Positions 44,492 through 59,099 are shown, counted from the stretch's first letter. The stretch is DNA of 64,000 bases from an uncultured Acidobacteriota bacterium (GCA_963700695.1 CAVOYO010000019.1:8238-72237), one strand, 5' to 3'. Translations and numbers: made by a program. The notes: generated from the letters alone by a model not told the origin.

Positions 44492-44896
44492 TTGCCCCAC
44501 GACGATGCCGTCCAGGCCTCCCGCGACTCGTCGCGCACCGTCGCCGCCGGCCTGTTGGCCTGGGTGTGGCCTGGCCTCGGGCACCTGTACCTGAGGCGAC
44601 GGGGCAAGGGGCTGGTTCTGATGGGAGCGATCCTCGCCCTCTTCGTGCTCGGCGTCGCGATGGACTCGCGCCTGCAGCTGCACCTGGGGCTCGAAGATCC
44701 GTTGGCCCTGCTGTTCAGCCTCGCGCAGATGGGGATCGGCGCGCCCTACTTCCTGGCCCGCGCCGTCGGCCACGAGGCGGGGGTGGTCACCTCGGCAACG
44801 TACGAGTACGGCAACACCTTCACCGCGGTGGCGGGCCTCCTCAACATCCTGCTCATCCTCGACGCCCTCGACATTGCCCGGGGGTACAAGCGTTGA
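44492..44896 (+). CDS. Membrane protein (DUF6677-like)
   Basis: LLAWVWPGLGHLYL.RRGKG...EYGNTFTAVAGLLNILLILDA. Confidence 0.7.
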   Translation: MPHDDAVQASRDSSRTVAAGLLAWVWPGLGHLYLRRRGKGLVLMGAILALFVLGVAMDSRLQLHLGLEDPLALLFSLAQMGIGAPYFLARAVGHEAGVVTSATYEYGNTFTAVAGLLNILLILDALDIARGYKR

Positions 44897-45069
44897 TGCA
44901 CTCTCACCTCATCACGCTCGTCGTGTTCTCCGCCCTGGTGTCCGCGGTCTTCGCCGTGCTGCTCCGCGACACGCCTCGCGACCGCCTGCGCTTCGGGCTC
45001 CTGGCGTTTGGAGCCTTCGTCGTGTTGACGCTGGTGATCGGCTGGCTGACGAATCCGTTTCCAAGATAG
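44896..45069 (+). CDS. Small 2-TM membrane protein (57 aa)
   Basis: TGATG coupling to the upstream gene; MHSHLITLVVFSALVSAVFAVLLRD...GWLTNPFPR. Confidence 0.7.
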   Translation: MHSHLITLVVFSALVSAVFAVLLRDTPRDRLRFGLLAFGAFVVLTLVIGWLTNPFPR

Positions 45070-45086
45070 TGGCCTGAAGGCTCGAT

Positions 45087-45502
45087 CCCCCCGATCGTTC
45101 AATGACCCCCCACCCTATCCCTCCCCACGTAGGGGGAGGGGAAGGCTTGAGATAGGCCATGGACACACCGCGTGTCCTCAGGGAAAGGACACGCGGGCGA
45201 GCCTGGGCCTGGTGGCCAGCCGCACGTGGTCATCGAGCCCGCAGCCTGATCTTCCCCACGTAGGGGGCTCGGGGGACGCGACGTCGAGCTTGCGAGACGA
45301 GCGTCGACCCCGAGTGTAGGTTGCGACGCGCCAGCGTCGCCTCCTGCAGGCTGGCGAGCGCCGGGGGCCAGGGCTCCAGGGCCGCTCCTGAGCCCTCTAT
45401 CGTTCAATGACCCCCCTGCCTATCCCTCCCCACGTGGGGGGAGGGAAAGGCCTGAGATAGGTCCCGTGCGTCCGCATGTCCCCAGGGAAGGGACATGCGG
45501 AC
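45087..45502. repeat. Family 1 repeat, copy F (tandem, multi-module)
   Basis: Near copy of 23296-23555, followed by a second head module with palindrome variant tccgcatgtccccagggaagggacatgcgga. Confidence 0.9.
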
Positions 45503-45543
45503 GACTCTAGACCTGACGCTCTACCGAACCTGGACTCTGGGAG

Positions 45544-46569
45544 CTACGGCAGCCAGCGGGGCGAGGCCATGCGGTATCCGGCGTCCTCGACGTGGAGGAC
45601 CTGTCGGTCCCTCCCGTCGGCTTGAATGACGACGAGGCGCGACTCCCCGGCGGCCAGGTCGGTCTCCACGAAGACGATGCCGGTAGCGTTCCAGTCCGGG
45701 GCGCCCCGGTAGACATCTCCGCCGCCCACGAGGAGCTGGGGCTCGCCGCCCCCCTGGGTGGTCGAGACGAGGTAGAGGTCCCAGGTGCCGAGGCCTCCGT
45801 TTCCCGTCCCGGTCAAACGACGGAACACGATCTGCTGGCTGTTCGGAGAGAAGGCCGGGCTCGCGTCCGAGCCGACGAGGTAGGGCGTTCCCGGCAGGAC
45901 CTCGCTGCCCGGTCCTCCGTCGGTCATCCTCAGCGGGGGTTCGGGGACCGCCTGGAAGAATGTGACGAAGATCCCGCTCTTGCCCGGGGTCTCCTCGAGC
46001 CGCTCGTACGCGGCGCCGCTCACCGTCGGGTCGATCCGGGGGCTGCGCTCACGCTGGTCGGGGGTCTGGATGATGAGCCCGTCCTGGTCGCCGTTGGGGC
46101 GGACGGCGAAGAGATCTTCCACGTCTCCGGTGCTGTACACGAGGAACCTGTCGTCGACGGCCCAGTCGGCGGCCTGGACGCGCCGGGCCAGCGCGATGAT
46201 CGTCTCGACGGACCGGCCGAGATCGATGAAATACAGAGCCGAGGCCTCGGGATCGCCGCTGACCGAGCCGCGCACCGCCGCCACCCGGTCTCGATTGGAC
46301 GAGGGGGCGACCTGCAGGAAGTCGCAGGGATCGGTCCGCTGGGTGCAGCTCGTCAGGCGCTCGACCTGCGAGCCGTCGGCGTCTACGGCGAACAGCTCGC
46401 GGGGCAACCCGGTCTGCTCGGCCCACGCCCCGCTCACGTAGAGCAGCACCGCGTCCTCGCTCGGGGACCGGGAGAATGAGAACTGGGTGAAGGGGTTGGT
46501 CTCGTCGCTGCCGCAGGCGGCCAGGCACGCGGCGAGGACGGCAACGACGTGCATCGCCCTGTGACGCAT
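45544..46569 (-). CDS. TolB-like (PD40) beta-propeller lipoprotein
   Basis: Lipobox LAAC; DADGSQVERLT, SPAFSPNSQQIVF, APDW, SPRW. Confidence 0.75.
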   Translation of the reverse strand: MRHRAMHVVAVLAACLAACGSDETNPFTQFSFSRSPSEDAVLLYVSGAWAEQTGLPRELFAVDADGSQVERLTSCTQRTDPCDFLQVAPSSNRDRVAAVRGSVSGDPEASALYFIDLGRSVETIIALARRVQAADWAVDDRFLVYSTGDVEDLFAVRPNGDQDGLIIQTPDQRERSPRIDPTVSGAAYERLEETPGKSGIFVTFFQAVPEPPLRMTDGGPGSEVLPGTPYLVGSDASPAFSPNSQQIVFRRLTGTGNGGLGTWDLYLVSTTQGGGEPQLLVGGGDVYRGAPDWNATGIVFVETDLAAGESRLVVIQADGRDRQVLHVEDAGYRMASPRWLP

Positions 46570-46857
46570 GATTGAAGCAGCGTAGGCTCGCGCGCGTGGG
46601 CAAGTCAAGGAGACGTGGGGGGGTGCCGTGATAGACTCGTCGGTCGCGCCGGGCTGGACGGTTCGGCGTGATCTCGACCGGGAGCGCGGCGGAGCGACGG
46701 CCCGGCACGAGCGCGTTCAAAGAGGCTGAGGGCTTCGCGATGGCGATCCAAAGGGCGGGGATGGTCGGGTGCGGCCTCCTGGGCCGCACGTCCGGTCGCG
46801 GATGCCACGACTGCTCTCACGAGCCGCCCACGGCCGGGCTGGCCTGACGGGGGACCC

Positions 46858-47640
46858 ATGGGCTACGAGAACCTTCAGGTCGAGCGTAAGGACGGCATCG
46901 CGGTCGTCACCGTGTGCCGGCCGAAGAAGCTGAACGCCCTGAACACCCAGACGATCGACGAGCTCGACGCCGTCTTCACCGCCCTTGCCTCGGACGTCGA
47001 GGTGAAGGGGGTGATCGTCACCGGCGCAGGCGAGAAGGCCTTCGTGGCGGGCGCAGACATCGCCGAGCTCGCGGGGCTCGACGCGGCCGCCGGTCGCACC
47101 CTGTCCGCGCGCGGACAGCGCGTCTTCGACCGCATCGAATGGCTGGGGAAGCCAGTGGTGGCGGCGATCAACGGGTTCGCGCTCGGAGGTGGCTGCGAGC
47201 TGGCCCTCGCCTGCCATGTGCGTCTCGCCTCCGAGAACGCCTCGCTCGGGACGCCGGAGGTGACGCTGGGTCTCATCTGCGGCTACGGCGGCACCCAGCG
47301 GCTGCCGCGTCTCGTCGGCCGCGGCGCCGCGCTCGAGATCCTCTTGACCGGGGAGCGGGTCGGAGCCGAGGAGGCGCTTCGGCTGGGCCTGGTGAACAGG
47401 GTCGTGCCCCTCGAGCGGCTGCTTCCGGAGGCGGAGGCCCTGGTTCGGAAGATGGTGGCGAACGGCCCGCTGGCCCTGCGCGCCACGCTCGAGGCCGTCC
47501 AGGGCGGGCTCGACCGGCCGATGGCGGAGGCCCAGGACGGAGAGGCAGAGCTCTTTGGCGAGCTGTGCGCGAGCGCGGACGCCGCCGAGGGGACGAGAGC
47601 CTTCCTCGAGAGGCGGGCGCCGCGGTTCCGAGGCCAGTGA
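46858..47640 (+). CDS. Enoyl-CoA hydratase/crotonase
   Basis: RPKKLNALN, AFVAGADI, AAINGFALGGGCELALAC, PEV.LG...GYGGTQRL. Confidence 0.92.
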   Translation: MGYENLQVERKDGIAVVTVCRPKKLNALNTQTIDELDAVFTALASDVEVKGVIVTGAGEKAFVAGADIAELAGLDAAAGRTLSARGQRVFDRIEWLGKPVVAAINGFALGGGCELALACHVRLASENASLGTPEVTLGLICGYGGTQRLPRLVGRGAALEILLTGERVGAEEALRLGLVNRVVPLERLLPEAEALVRKMVANGPLALRATLEAVQGGLDRPMAEAQDGEAELFGELCASADAAEGTRAFLERRAPRFRGQ

Positions 47641-48134
47641 AGAAGCAGGCCCCCAGGGATCGGCCGTCGGCACGCGGTCTCCGCGTGGCGGTTCTCTGCG
47701 CCCGGTTCAACCCGACGGTCACCGACGGCCTTCGGGACGGGGCGGTCGAGGCTCTGCGCGAGATGGGGGCGGCGGCCTCGCGCGTGGCCGTGTTCGACGT
47801 CCCGGGCGCCTTCGAGCTGCCGCTGGCCGCGAAGGCCGCGGCGACCTCGGGGCGGTTCGACGCCGTCGTGGCGCTCGGGGCGGTCATCCGCGGGGACACC
47901 GACCACTACGAGCACGTGGCCCGGGAGGCGGCGTCGGGGCTGGCCGCCGCCGCCTTCGAGACCGGGGTCCCCGTGGCCTTCGGGGTGCTGACGGTCCGGC
48001 GCGCTCGGCAGGCGCTCGAGCGGGCGGCCCCGGGGCCGGACAACAAGGGGGCGGAGGCCGCCCGCGCCGCCGTGGCCATGGTGCACACGCTGCGGGCCAT
48101 CGCCGGCCATCCGGCCCGTCGCCGAGGCCGCTGA
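47637..48134 (+). CDS. ribH: 6,7-dimethyl-8-ribityllumazine synthase
   Basis: ARFN, VPGAFELP, LGAVIRGDTDHYE, PVAFGVLT, NKGAEAA. Confidence 0.92.
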   Translation: MKKQAPRDRPSARGLRVAVLCARFNPTVTDGLRDGAVEALREMGAAASRVAVFDVPGAFELPLAAKAAATSGRFDAVVALGAVIRGDTDHYEHVAREAASGLAAAAFETGVPVAFGVLTVRRARQALERAAPGPDNKGAEAARAAVAMVHTLRAIAGHPARRRGR

Positions 48135-48579
48135 TGGGACGCCGCACGAAGGCCCGGGAGTGTGCCTTCCAGATGCTCTACCAATGGGGGATCACCAACG
48201 GCCCGATGGAGGAGGTGGTCGACTCGTTCTGGAGGGTGCGCCGGAGCACCACCGCCACGCGGGCGATGGCGGACCGGCTCGCCAAGGGTGCGCGCTCGCG
48301 CGTCGTGGAGATCGACGCCGCCATTGCGGAGGCGGCCTCGAACTGGCGGCTCGACCGGATCGCCCCGGTGGACCGCACGGTTCTGCGCCTCGGCGCCTGG
48401 GAGCTGATCGGGGAGCCCCAGACCCCCTCGGCCGTCGTGCTCGACGAGGCGGTGGAGCTGGCCAAGCGCTTCGGTGAGGAAAACTCTCCCGCCTTCGTCA
48501 ACGGCGTCCTCGACGCCATCCGGCGCCGCGTGCGCGGCTCGGCGACGCCGACCGCGGTGCCGCAGGAGCGCGGCGAGCC

Positions 48580-48583
<4 letters not shown>
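48134..48583 (+). CDS. nusB: Transcription antitermination factor NusB
   Basis: RTKARECAFQMLYQ, NWRLDRI, VVLDEAVELAKRFG...FVNGVLD. Confidence 0.92.
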
Positions 48584-50210
<1,627 letters not shown>

Positions 50211-50214
<4 letters not shown>

Positions 50215-51446
50215 GCATGCCCTGGGAGCTGCGGGTCGCCCTCCGCTACCTCACCGCACGCCGTAAGCAGGCCTTCATCTCGCTGATCTCGGGTGTGGCG
50301 GTCGTGGGGGTGGCGGTCGGGGTGATGGCCGTCCTCATCGCGCTCGGGCTGATGACCGGGCTGCAGTCGGAGATCCGCACGAGGATCCTGGGCGCCACCG
50401 CGCACATCAGCATCTTCCAGGGCCGGGGGGACCCCTTCCACAACTACGCCGAGGTCGTGGAGAAGGTGCGAGCGGTGCCCGGGGTCTCGGGGGCGGCTCC
50501 GGCGGTCTACGGCAAGGCGCTGCTCACCAGCTCGACCGGCTCCGCGGTGGCCACCCTCAAGGGGATCGTCCCCGCCGACGAGGCGACGGTCACCGACGTG
50601 GTGACGCAGGTCCGCGAGGGGGACGTGGGACCCCTCGAGCGACCCGGGGAGGGTCCCACGCCAGTGCTTCTCGGCTACGCCCTCGCCGACACCCTCAACG
50701 TGGGAGTCGGGGACGTGGTGACGGTCACGTCGCCCAAGGGCCGTCTGTCTCCGATCGGCGTCCTTCCTCGCGTCAAGAAGGTCCGGGTCGTGGGGACGGT
50801 GAAGACGGGGCTCTTCGAGTTCGACTCGTCGTGGGTCTACATGCCGCTCGAGGCGGCCCAGCGCTTGTTCGAGCAGAGAGACCAGGCGACCCTGGTCGAG
50901 GTCCGCCTCGACGACATGTTCGCCGTTCGGGAGGGGGCGGCCGCGATCCTCGAGACGCTGGGCCTCGGGTACCTGACCACGGACTGGGTCCAGATGAACC
51001 AGAGCCTCTTCTCCGCGCTCTGGATCGAGAAGATGGCCATCGGGATCACGATCGGTCTGATCGTGGTGGTGGCCGCGCTCAACATCGTGGCCACGCTCGT
51101 CCTGATGGTCATGGAGAAGCACAAGGACATCGCCATCCTCGTCTCGATGGGGGCCTCTCGCGGCGCCATCACCCGGATCTTCATGTTGCAGGGCACCATC
51201 ATCGGCGCGGTCGGCACGTCCGTCGGCGGCGCCCTGGGCTGGGGGGCCTGCAAGGTGCTCGACCACTACCAGCTGATCCGGATCCCCGAGGATGTCTACC
51301 AGATCGCCTCGGTGCCGTTCCGTCTGCTCCCCGGGGACGCGACGGTCGTCATCGTGAGCGCTCTCCTGGTGTGCTTCGTCGCCACCCTTCACCCGGCACG
51401 GGTCGCGGCCCGGGTCGATCCCGCCGAGGCCCTCCGGTACGAGTAG
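50211..51446 (+). CDS. Lipoprotein-releasing ABC transporter permease LolC/E
   Basis: ALRYL..RRKQAFISLIS, N.SLFSAL.IEK, DIAILVSMGA, PAEALRYE. Confidence 0.9.
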
Positions 51447-52157
51447 ATGAGCACCGCACTCACCGCGGGGACTCCCCGAGCCGCGCCCCTTCTCGCCGCC
51501 ACCGGGCTCGTCAAGAGCTACCAGACCGCCGCCGGGCCGGTCGAGGTGCTCCGGGGGGTCGATCTCGAGGTGGCCGAGGGCGAGATGGTGGCCATCACCG
51601 GCGCGTCGGGCGTGGGCAAGTCCACGCTCCTTCACGTCCTGGGGACGCTCGATCGACCGGACGCGGGCTCGCTCCGGGTGGCGGGAGAGGACGTCCTGGC
51701 GCTGTCGGAGGCGCGGCGCTGCGCGTTCCGGAACCGGACGCTCGGCTTCGTCTTCCAGTTCCACCACCTGCTGCCGGAGTTCTCGGCCCTGGAGAACGTG
51801 GCGATGCCCCCCCTCCTCGCGCGCCGGACGCGGGACGAGGCGCACGCGACTGCCCGGACGCTCCTCGAGGAGCTGGGCCTCGGCGAGCGCGCCGATCACC
51901 GCCCCGGGGCGCTCTCCGGCGGCGAGCAGCAGAGGGTGGCGGTGGCCCGCGCGCTGGCGATGTCCCCTCGGGGCCTTCTCGCCGACGAGCCCACCGGGAA
52001 CCTGGACCGGGCGACCGGCCAGAAGCTCCACGACCTCCTGCGGCGGCTGGCCGGGGAGCGTCGGCTGAGCGTCCTCGTCGTGACCCACAACGAGGAGCTG
52101 GCCCGGGGCTGCGACCGGGTCCTGCACCTCGAGGGCGGTCGGCTGACCGGGATGTGA
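51447..52157 (+). CDS. lolD: Lipoprotein-releasing ABC ATPase
   Basis: GASGVGKST, GFVFQFHHLL, LSGGEQQR, LADEPTGNLD. Confidence 0.9.
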   Translation: MSTALTAGTPRAAPLLAATGLVKSYQTAAGPVEVLRGVDLEVAEGEMVAITGASGVGKSTLLHVLGTLDRPDAGSLRVAGEDVLALSEARRCAFRNRTLGFVFQFHHLLPEFSALENVAMPPLLARRTRDEAHATARTLLEELGLGERADHRPGALSGGEQQRVAVARALAMSPRGLLADEPTGNLDRATGQKLHDLLRRLAGERRLSVLVVTHNEELARGCDRVLHLEGGRLTGM

Positions 52158-52256
52158 GAGGGTGTCGCGGGGCCGCGAAACCCGGATGGATTGGGCTATG
52201 ATCGAAAAAGAGCCCGGGGACGGCTCACCCAGGCGGCTTCGGGACAAGAGATAGAG

Positions 52257-54656
<2,400 letters not shown>

Positions 54657-54689
54657 CGGGGGCGCGTCGGTCGTGAGAAGGGTGCCGTC

Positions 54690-57119
54690 GTGAAGAGACT
54701 TCTTGTCGTCGCGACGTCTTTGTGTCTCCTCGCCCCCCCCGGGGGGGCGCGGGCCCAGGAGGGGCCGGTCCCGATCGTCGAGCGGGTCGAGATCCTGAAC
54801 AACCGCTACCTTCAGACGGAGACGCTGCTCTTCTACGTCTCCACCAAACCCGGCGACCGCTACGACCCCAAGCGCCTGCGGGAGGATTTCCGGCGTCTGT
54901 GGGACACCGGCTTCCTCGACGACCTCGCGGTGGAGGCGCTGGACGGACCACAGGGGAAGATCGTTCGCTTCCGGGTCGCGGAGCGCAAGCGCATCCAGAT
55001 CGTGGACTACCGGGGCAGCAAGGAGCTCTCGAACTCCGACATCGAGGACATGCTCAAGGAGAACGACGCGGAGATCCGCATCGACACCTTCTACGATCCG
55101 TCCAAGGCCCGAAAGGTGGAGGCCATCATCAAGGCGATGCTGATGGCGAAGGGCCGTCCCTTCGGCAAGGTCTCCCACGAGGCGAAGAACATCGGGGGAT
55201 CGGGTCAGCAGCTGTCGTTCGTCATCGACGACGGACCGAAGGCGAAGATCCAGGAGATCGTGTTCGAGGGCAACGAGGTCTTCTCCGACGGTCAGCTCCG
55301 CGGGCAATTCGACAAGATGAAGGAGCCCGGCTTCTTCAACCTCAGCTGGCTCGGGGGCAAGACCACCTACACCGAGGAGAAGTGGTTCGGTGGCGCCGAG
55401 GACCCCCAGGGCGACCGTGGCCGGGTCGAGGACTACTACCTGAACCGCGGTTACGTGACCGCCCGCATCGGCCAGCCACGCCTCGAGTACACCGACGGCG
55501 AGTCCGGCATGTTCAAGAAGGGGGCGGTCAAGTGGATCAAGATGATCATCCCCGTCGACGAGGGTGATCAGTACCGGCTGGGCACCCTGGAGTTCGAGGG
55601 GCTGACCGTCCTGAAGGAGGAGTTCGTTCGGGACTACATCAAGCTGCAGCCCGGCGAGATCTACAACGAGTCGAAGTTCAAGAAGGCCTACGAGAATCTG
55701 CGCGACCTTTACGGGACGCTCGGCTACTTCCAGTGGACGGCATCGACCCAGCGGACCCCCGACGCCGAGCGGAAGGTCGTCGACGTGGTCGTGAGCATGG
55801 ACGAGGACCTGCAGTACTTCGTCGGCCAGATCGGCTTCGTCGGCAACGAGACCACGAAAGACAAGGTCATCCGCCGCGAGGTCTTCATGAACGAGGGGGC
55901 GGTGTTCAACACCCAGGCCCTGAAGATGTCCATCCAGCGGATCAACCAGCTCGGGTACTTCAAGCCGATGGAGGGCGCGCCCGACATCCGCCCCAACCCG
56001 GACGAGGAGAACAAGGTCGACATCACCTTCAAGGTCGAGGAGCAGAACCGCAACCAGTTCACCTTCGGTGGGGGCGTGAGCGGGCTCGAGGGGACATTCA
56101 TCAACGGCTCGTTCTCGACCACCAACTTCCTCGGTGCCGGCGAGACCCTCTCCGTATACGTCCAGAGCGGCAAGCGGACGAAGAACTACTCGCTCTCCCT
56201 CAACGAGCCCTATTTCCTCGACCGCCCCATCACCGCCGGAGTGAGCCTCTTCAAGAGGAAGATCACCTACCTGAGCTACGGGAACGTCGCCGGCTACAGC
56301 CAGGACACGACCGGCCTCAGCCTGCAGGCTGGCCGCCACGTCGGGAAGTGGTCCCGGGCCTTCCTCAGCTACTCCTACCAGGTGTACAGGATCGACGAGA
56401 TCGACCCCGGCGACTTCAACGACCCGTACTACCCCGGCTTCGGTGGGGGCATCTACGGGCCGACCTACGATCCACTCCTCTTCGGCGACGTGGGCCAGCG
56501 CCGGGAGAGCGCCATCACGCCGAACCTCGTCTACAACACCGTCGACAACCCGTGGACACCTCGCCGGGGTCAGAATCTCACCGGGACGTTCCAGGTCACG
56601 GGGGGCATCCTCGGGGGCACGGTGAACTATCTCCGCCCCAGCCTCAGGATGATCAACTACGTCCCGTTCCTGAGTAAGCTCGCCCTCGGCGTCCGCGGTG
56701 AGGTCGCCTGGATCAAGCCCTACGGCGACACCATGGTGCTGCCCCTCTACCAGCGGTACTACCTCGGCGGAGAGACCCAGGTGCGTGGGTATCCCATCCG
56801 GTCGATCGGGCCGACGGACGGCTCGGGCCGGGCGCTGGGGGGCAACAAGCTCCTTCTCTTCAACGCGGAGTGGTACTACGATGTGTTCGGCCCCCTCCGG
56901 ATGCTTCTCTTCTTCGACGCCGGGCAGGCCTATCTCGAGGGCGAGCGTTTTCGCGTGGACGAGCTGAGGATCTCCTACGGGGTCGAGGCCCGCTTCGTCA
57001 TGCCCGTTCTCAACGTCCCGTTCCGTCTCATCTACTACTTCAATCCGAACCGGTCAGCGCGGGAAAGCCTCTTTGTCCAACCCAGGGGCTTCAAGTTCGC
57101 CGTCGGCACCACCTTCTAA
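54690..57119 (+). CDS. bamA: Outer membrane protein assembly factor BamA
   Basis: POTRA domains, GNETTKDKVIRRE, YLGGETQVRGY, C-terminal F. Confidence 0.92.
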   Translation: MKRLLVVATSLCLLAPPGGARAQEGPVPIVERVEILNNRYLQTETLLFYVSTKPGDRYDPKRLREDFRRLWDTGFLDDLAVEALDGPQGKIVRFRVAERKRIQIVDYRGSKELSNSDIEDMLKENDAEIRIDTFYDPSKARKVEAIIKAMLMAKGRPFGKVSHEAKNIGGSGQQLSFVIDDGPKAKIQEIVFEGNEVFSDGQLRGQFDKMKEPGFFNLSWLGGKTTYTEEKWFGGAEDPQGDRGRVEDYYLNRGYVTARIGQPRLEYTDGESGMFKKGAVKWIKMIIPVDEGDQYRLGTLEFEGLTVLKEEFVRDYIKLQPGEIYNESKFKKAYENLRDLYGTLGYFQWTASTQRTPDAERKVVDVVVSMDEDLQYFVGQIGFVGNETTKDKVIRREVFMNEGAVFNTQALKMSIQRINQLGYFKPMEGAPDIRPNPDEENKVDITFKVEEQNRNQFTFGGGVSGLEGTFINGSFSTTNFLGAGETLSVYVQSGKRTKNYSLSLNEPYFLDRPITAGVSLFKRKITYLSYGNVAGYSQDTTGLSLQAGRHVGKWSRAFLSYSYQVYRIDEIDPGDFNDPYYPGFGGGIYGPTYDPLLFGDVGQRRESAITPNLVYNTVDNPWTPRRGQNLTGTFQVTGGILGGTVNYLRPSLRMINYVPFLSKLALGVRGEVAWIKPYGDTMVLPLYQRYYLGGETQVRGYPIRSIGPTDGSGRALGGNKLLLFNAEWYYDVFGPLRMLLFFDAGQAYLEGERFRVDELRISYGVEARFVMPVLNVPFRLIYYFNPNRSARESLFVQPRGFKFAVGTTF

Positions 57120-57128
57120 GGAGAAGAC

Positions 57129-57749
57129 ATGAAGAAGACGTTCCTGGTCACCCTCGTCCTCGCGCTCGCCGTGGCCGGCCTCGCGGTCGCGCAGGAGGCG
57201 GGTGCCCCCAGATCCGCCAAGATCGCCGTGATCGACATGGCTCGAGTGTCCGCGGAGAGCCAGCTGGGCAAGTCCTACGCCGCCCAACTGGAGAAGCTGC
57301 AGGTCGAGATCAACACCGCGGCCCAGGCGAAGCAGACCGAGCTCCAGAAGATGGACGCGGCCATCCAGACGCTGCAGGAGGAGCTCCAGAACCAGGGCGC
57401 CGTCCTGAGCCAGGACGCCCGCGACAGCAAGCAGCGGGAGATCGTCCGCCAGGGCCGCGAGCGCCAGGCCTTCCTCGAAGACGGCCAGGCGGAGATCGCC
57501 CGCATGCGCGAGCGGGCCCAGCAGTCGGCTCAGTCGATCAACAACGAGTTCCAGGTCAAGATCCGCCCGATCGTCGAAGACGTGGCGAAGGTCAAGGGCT
57601 ACGACCTCGTCCTGGACTCCCAGGTCGCCTACACGATCTCCCGGGATATCGACATCACCCGGGACGTGATCGCGAAGGCGGACGAGGCGGCCGCGGCAGC
57701 GAGCACCGCGCCGGCCGCCCCCGCCGCGCCGAGCGGGCCCCCGCAGTAG
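57129..57749 (+). CDS. skp: OmpH/Skp periplasmic chaperone
   Basis: Signal peptide, KIAVIDM, coiled coil, GYDLVLD...DIT; follows bamA. Confidence 0.85.
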   Translation: MKKTFLVTLVLALAVAGLAVAQEAGAPRSAKIAVIDMARVSAESQLGKSYAAQLEKLQVEINTAAQAKQTELQKMDAAIQTLQEELQNQGAVLSQDARDSKQREIVRQGRERQAFLEDGQAEIARMRERAQQSAQSINNEFQVKIRPIVEDVAKVKGYDLVLDSQVAYTISRDIDITRDVIAKADEAAAAASTAPAAPAAPSGPPQ

Positions 57750-57840
57750 GGCGGTGACACGGGTGGGCCCCGCAAGCGGGCTGCAGGCGTCGGACGCTGC
57801 CCCCGCCCGGGGCCCCGCCGCGTGTCGCTCCCTCCGGCTC

Positions 57841-59094
57841 ATGAGCTCCGGCGAGATCGGACGCCTCGTCCGCCAGATCCCCACCCAGTACCCCTTCGTC
57901 CTCGTGGACCGCATCGTGGAGCACGATCCGCGGGGGCGTCTGGTCGCGGCCAAGAACGTCAGCGGCACCGAGGACTTCTTCTCCGGCCATTTCCCCGGGC
58001 AGCCGGTCATGCCGGGCGTGCTCCTTCTCGAGTCGCTCGCCCAGGCGGCCGGGATCTGGCTGCTGAAGACGGCGCCCGACCCTCGGCAGGTCGAGGTCCG
58101 GGTGGTCGGCATCGACGACGCCAAGTTCCGGCGTCCCGTCGTCCCCGGCGACCACCTCCGACTCGAGGTGGAGCTCGTCCACCGTCGGGCCGAGCTCTGC
58201 CGCTTCCGGGGCGAGGTGAAGGTCGGGGACACGCGGGCCGCGGAGGCGCGGCTGCTCCTCCAGGTAGCGACACTGCCTCCGCCCGAGGTCGACCCCCTCG
58301 CCCGGGTGGCGCCGGGGGCGGTGCTGGAGCCCGGTGTCCGGGTGGGCCCCTTTTGCCTGGTCGGGCCGGAGGTGCGTCTTGGTCCCGGGACCGTTCTCGA
58401 ATCGAACGTCGTGATCGACGGGGACACCCGGGTGGGGGCGAGCAACCGGTTCTTCCCCTTCAGCTCGATCGGCCTCGTCCCGCAGGACTTGAAGTACCGT
58501 GGTGAGCCGTCGCGGGTAGAGATCGGCGACCGCAACATCTTCCGTGAGGGCAGCACGGTCCACCGGGGAACCGAGGGCGGAGGCGGCGTGACCCGCATCG
58601 GCTCGGACAACCTCTTCATGGCCCAGGCGCACGTGGCCCACGACTGCCAGGTGGGCAGCCACACCGTGTTCGCCAACTCGGCGACCCTTTCCGGCCACGT
58701 CGAGGTTCAGGACTACGCGGTCCTCGGCGGCTTCGCCGGGGTGCACCAGTTCTGCCGGGTCGGCACCCACGCCTTCATGGGCGGGGCCACGGTCGCCACC
58801 AAGGACGTCCTTCCCTTCTCGATGACCGTAGGGGATCGGGCGCGGCTCTACGGTCTGAACCTCGTGGGGCTGCGCCGGCGCGGTCTCTCCGCGAACGCGA
58901 TTGCCGCCTTGCGCCAGGCCTATCGCGTCCTGATGCGGCTGAACACCTCCGAGGCGATCCGCACGCTCGAGGCCGAGGGCCCGCACACCCCCGAGATCAC
59001 GACGCTCCTCGAGTTCATCCGGAGCGCGAAGCGGGGCGTCGTCCTCCGGCCCCGAAGCGGCGCGGCCGGGTCTGCAGAGGGCGAGGGGGCCTGA
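57841..59094 (+). CDS. lpxA: Fused 3-hydroxyacyl-ACP dehydratase FabZ / UDP-GlcNAc acyltransferase LpxA
   Basis: N-terminal YPFVLVD..FFSGHFPGQPVMPGVLLLE, in frame with hexapeptide LpxA (PQDLKY, IFREGSTVHRGT, AHVAHDC, VHQFCRVG). Confidence 0.9.
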   Translation: MSSGEIGRLVRQIPTQYPFVLVDRIVEHDPRGRLVAAKNVSGTEDFFSGHFPGQPVMPGVLLLESLAQAAGIWLLKTAPDPRQVEVRVVGIDDAKFRRPVVPGDHLRLEVELVHRRAELCRFRGEVKVGDTRAAEARLLLQVATLPPPEVDPLARVAPGAVLEPGVRVGPFCLVGPEVRLGPGTVLESNVVIDGDTRVGASNRFFPFSSIGLVPQDLKYRGEPSRVEIGDRNIFREGSTVHRGTEGGGGVTRIGSDNLFMAQAHVAHDCQVGSHTVFANSATLSGHVEVQDYAVLGGFAGVHQFCRVGTHAFMGGATVATKDVLPFSMTVGDRARLYGLNLVGLRRRGLSANAIAALRQAYRVLMRLNTSEAIRTLEAEGPHTPEITTLLEFIRSAKRGVVLRPRSGAAGSAEGEGA

Positions 59095-59099
59095 GCGGC

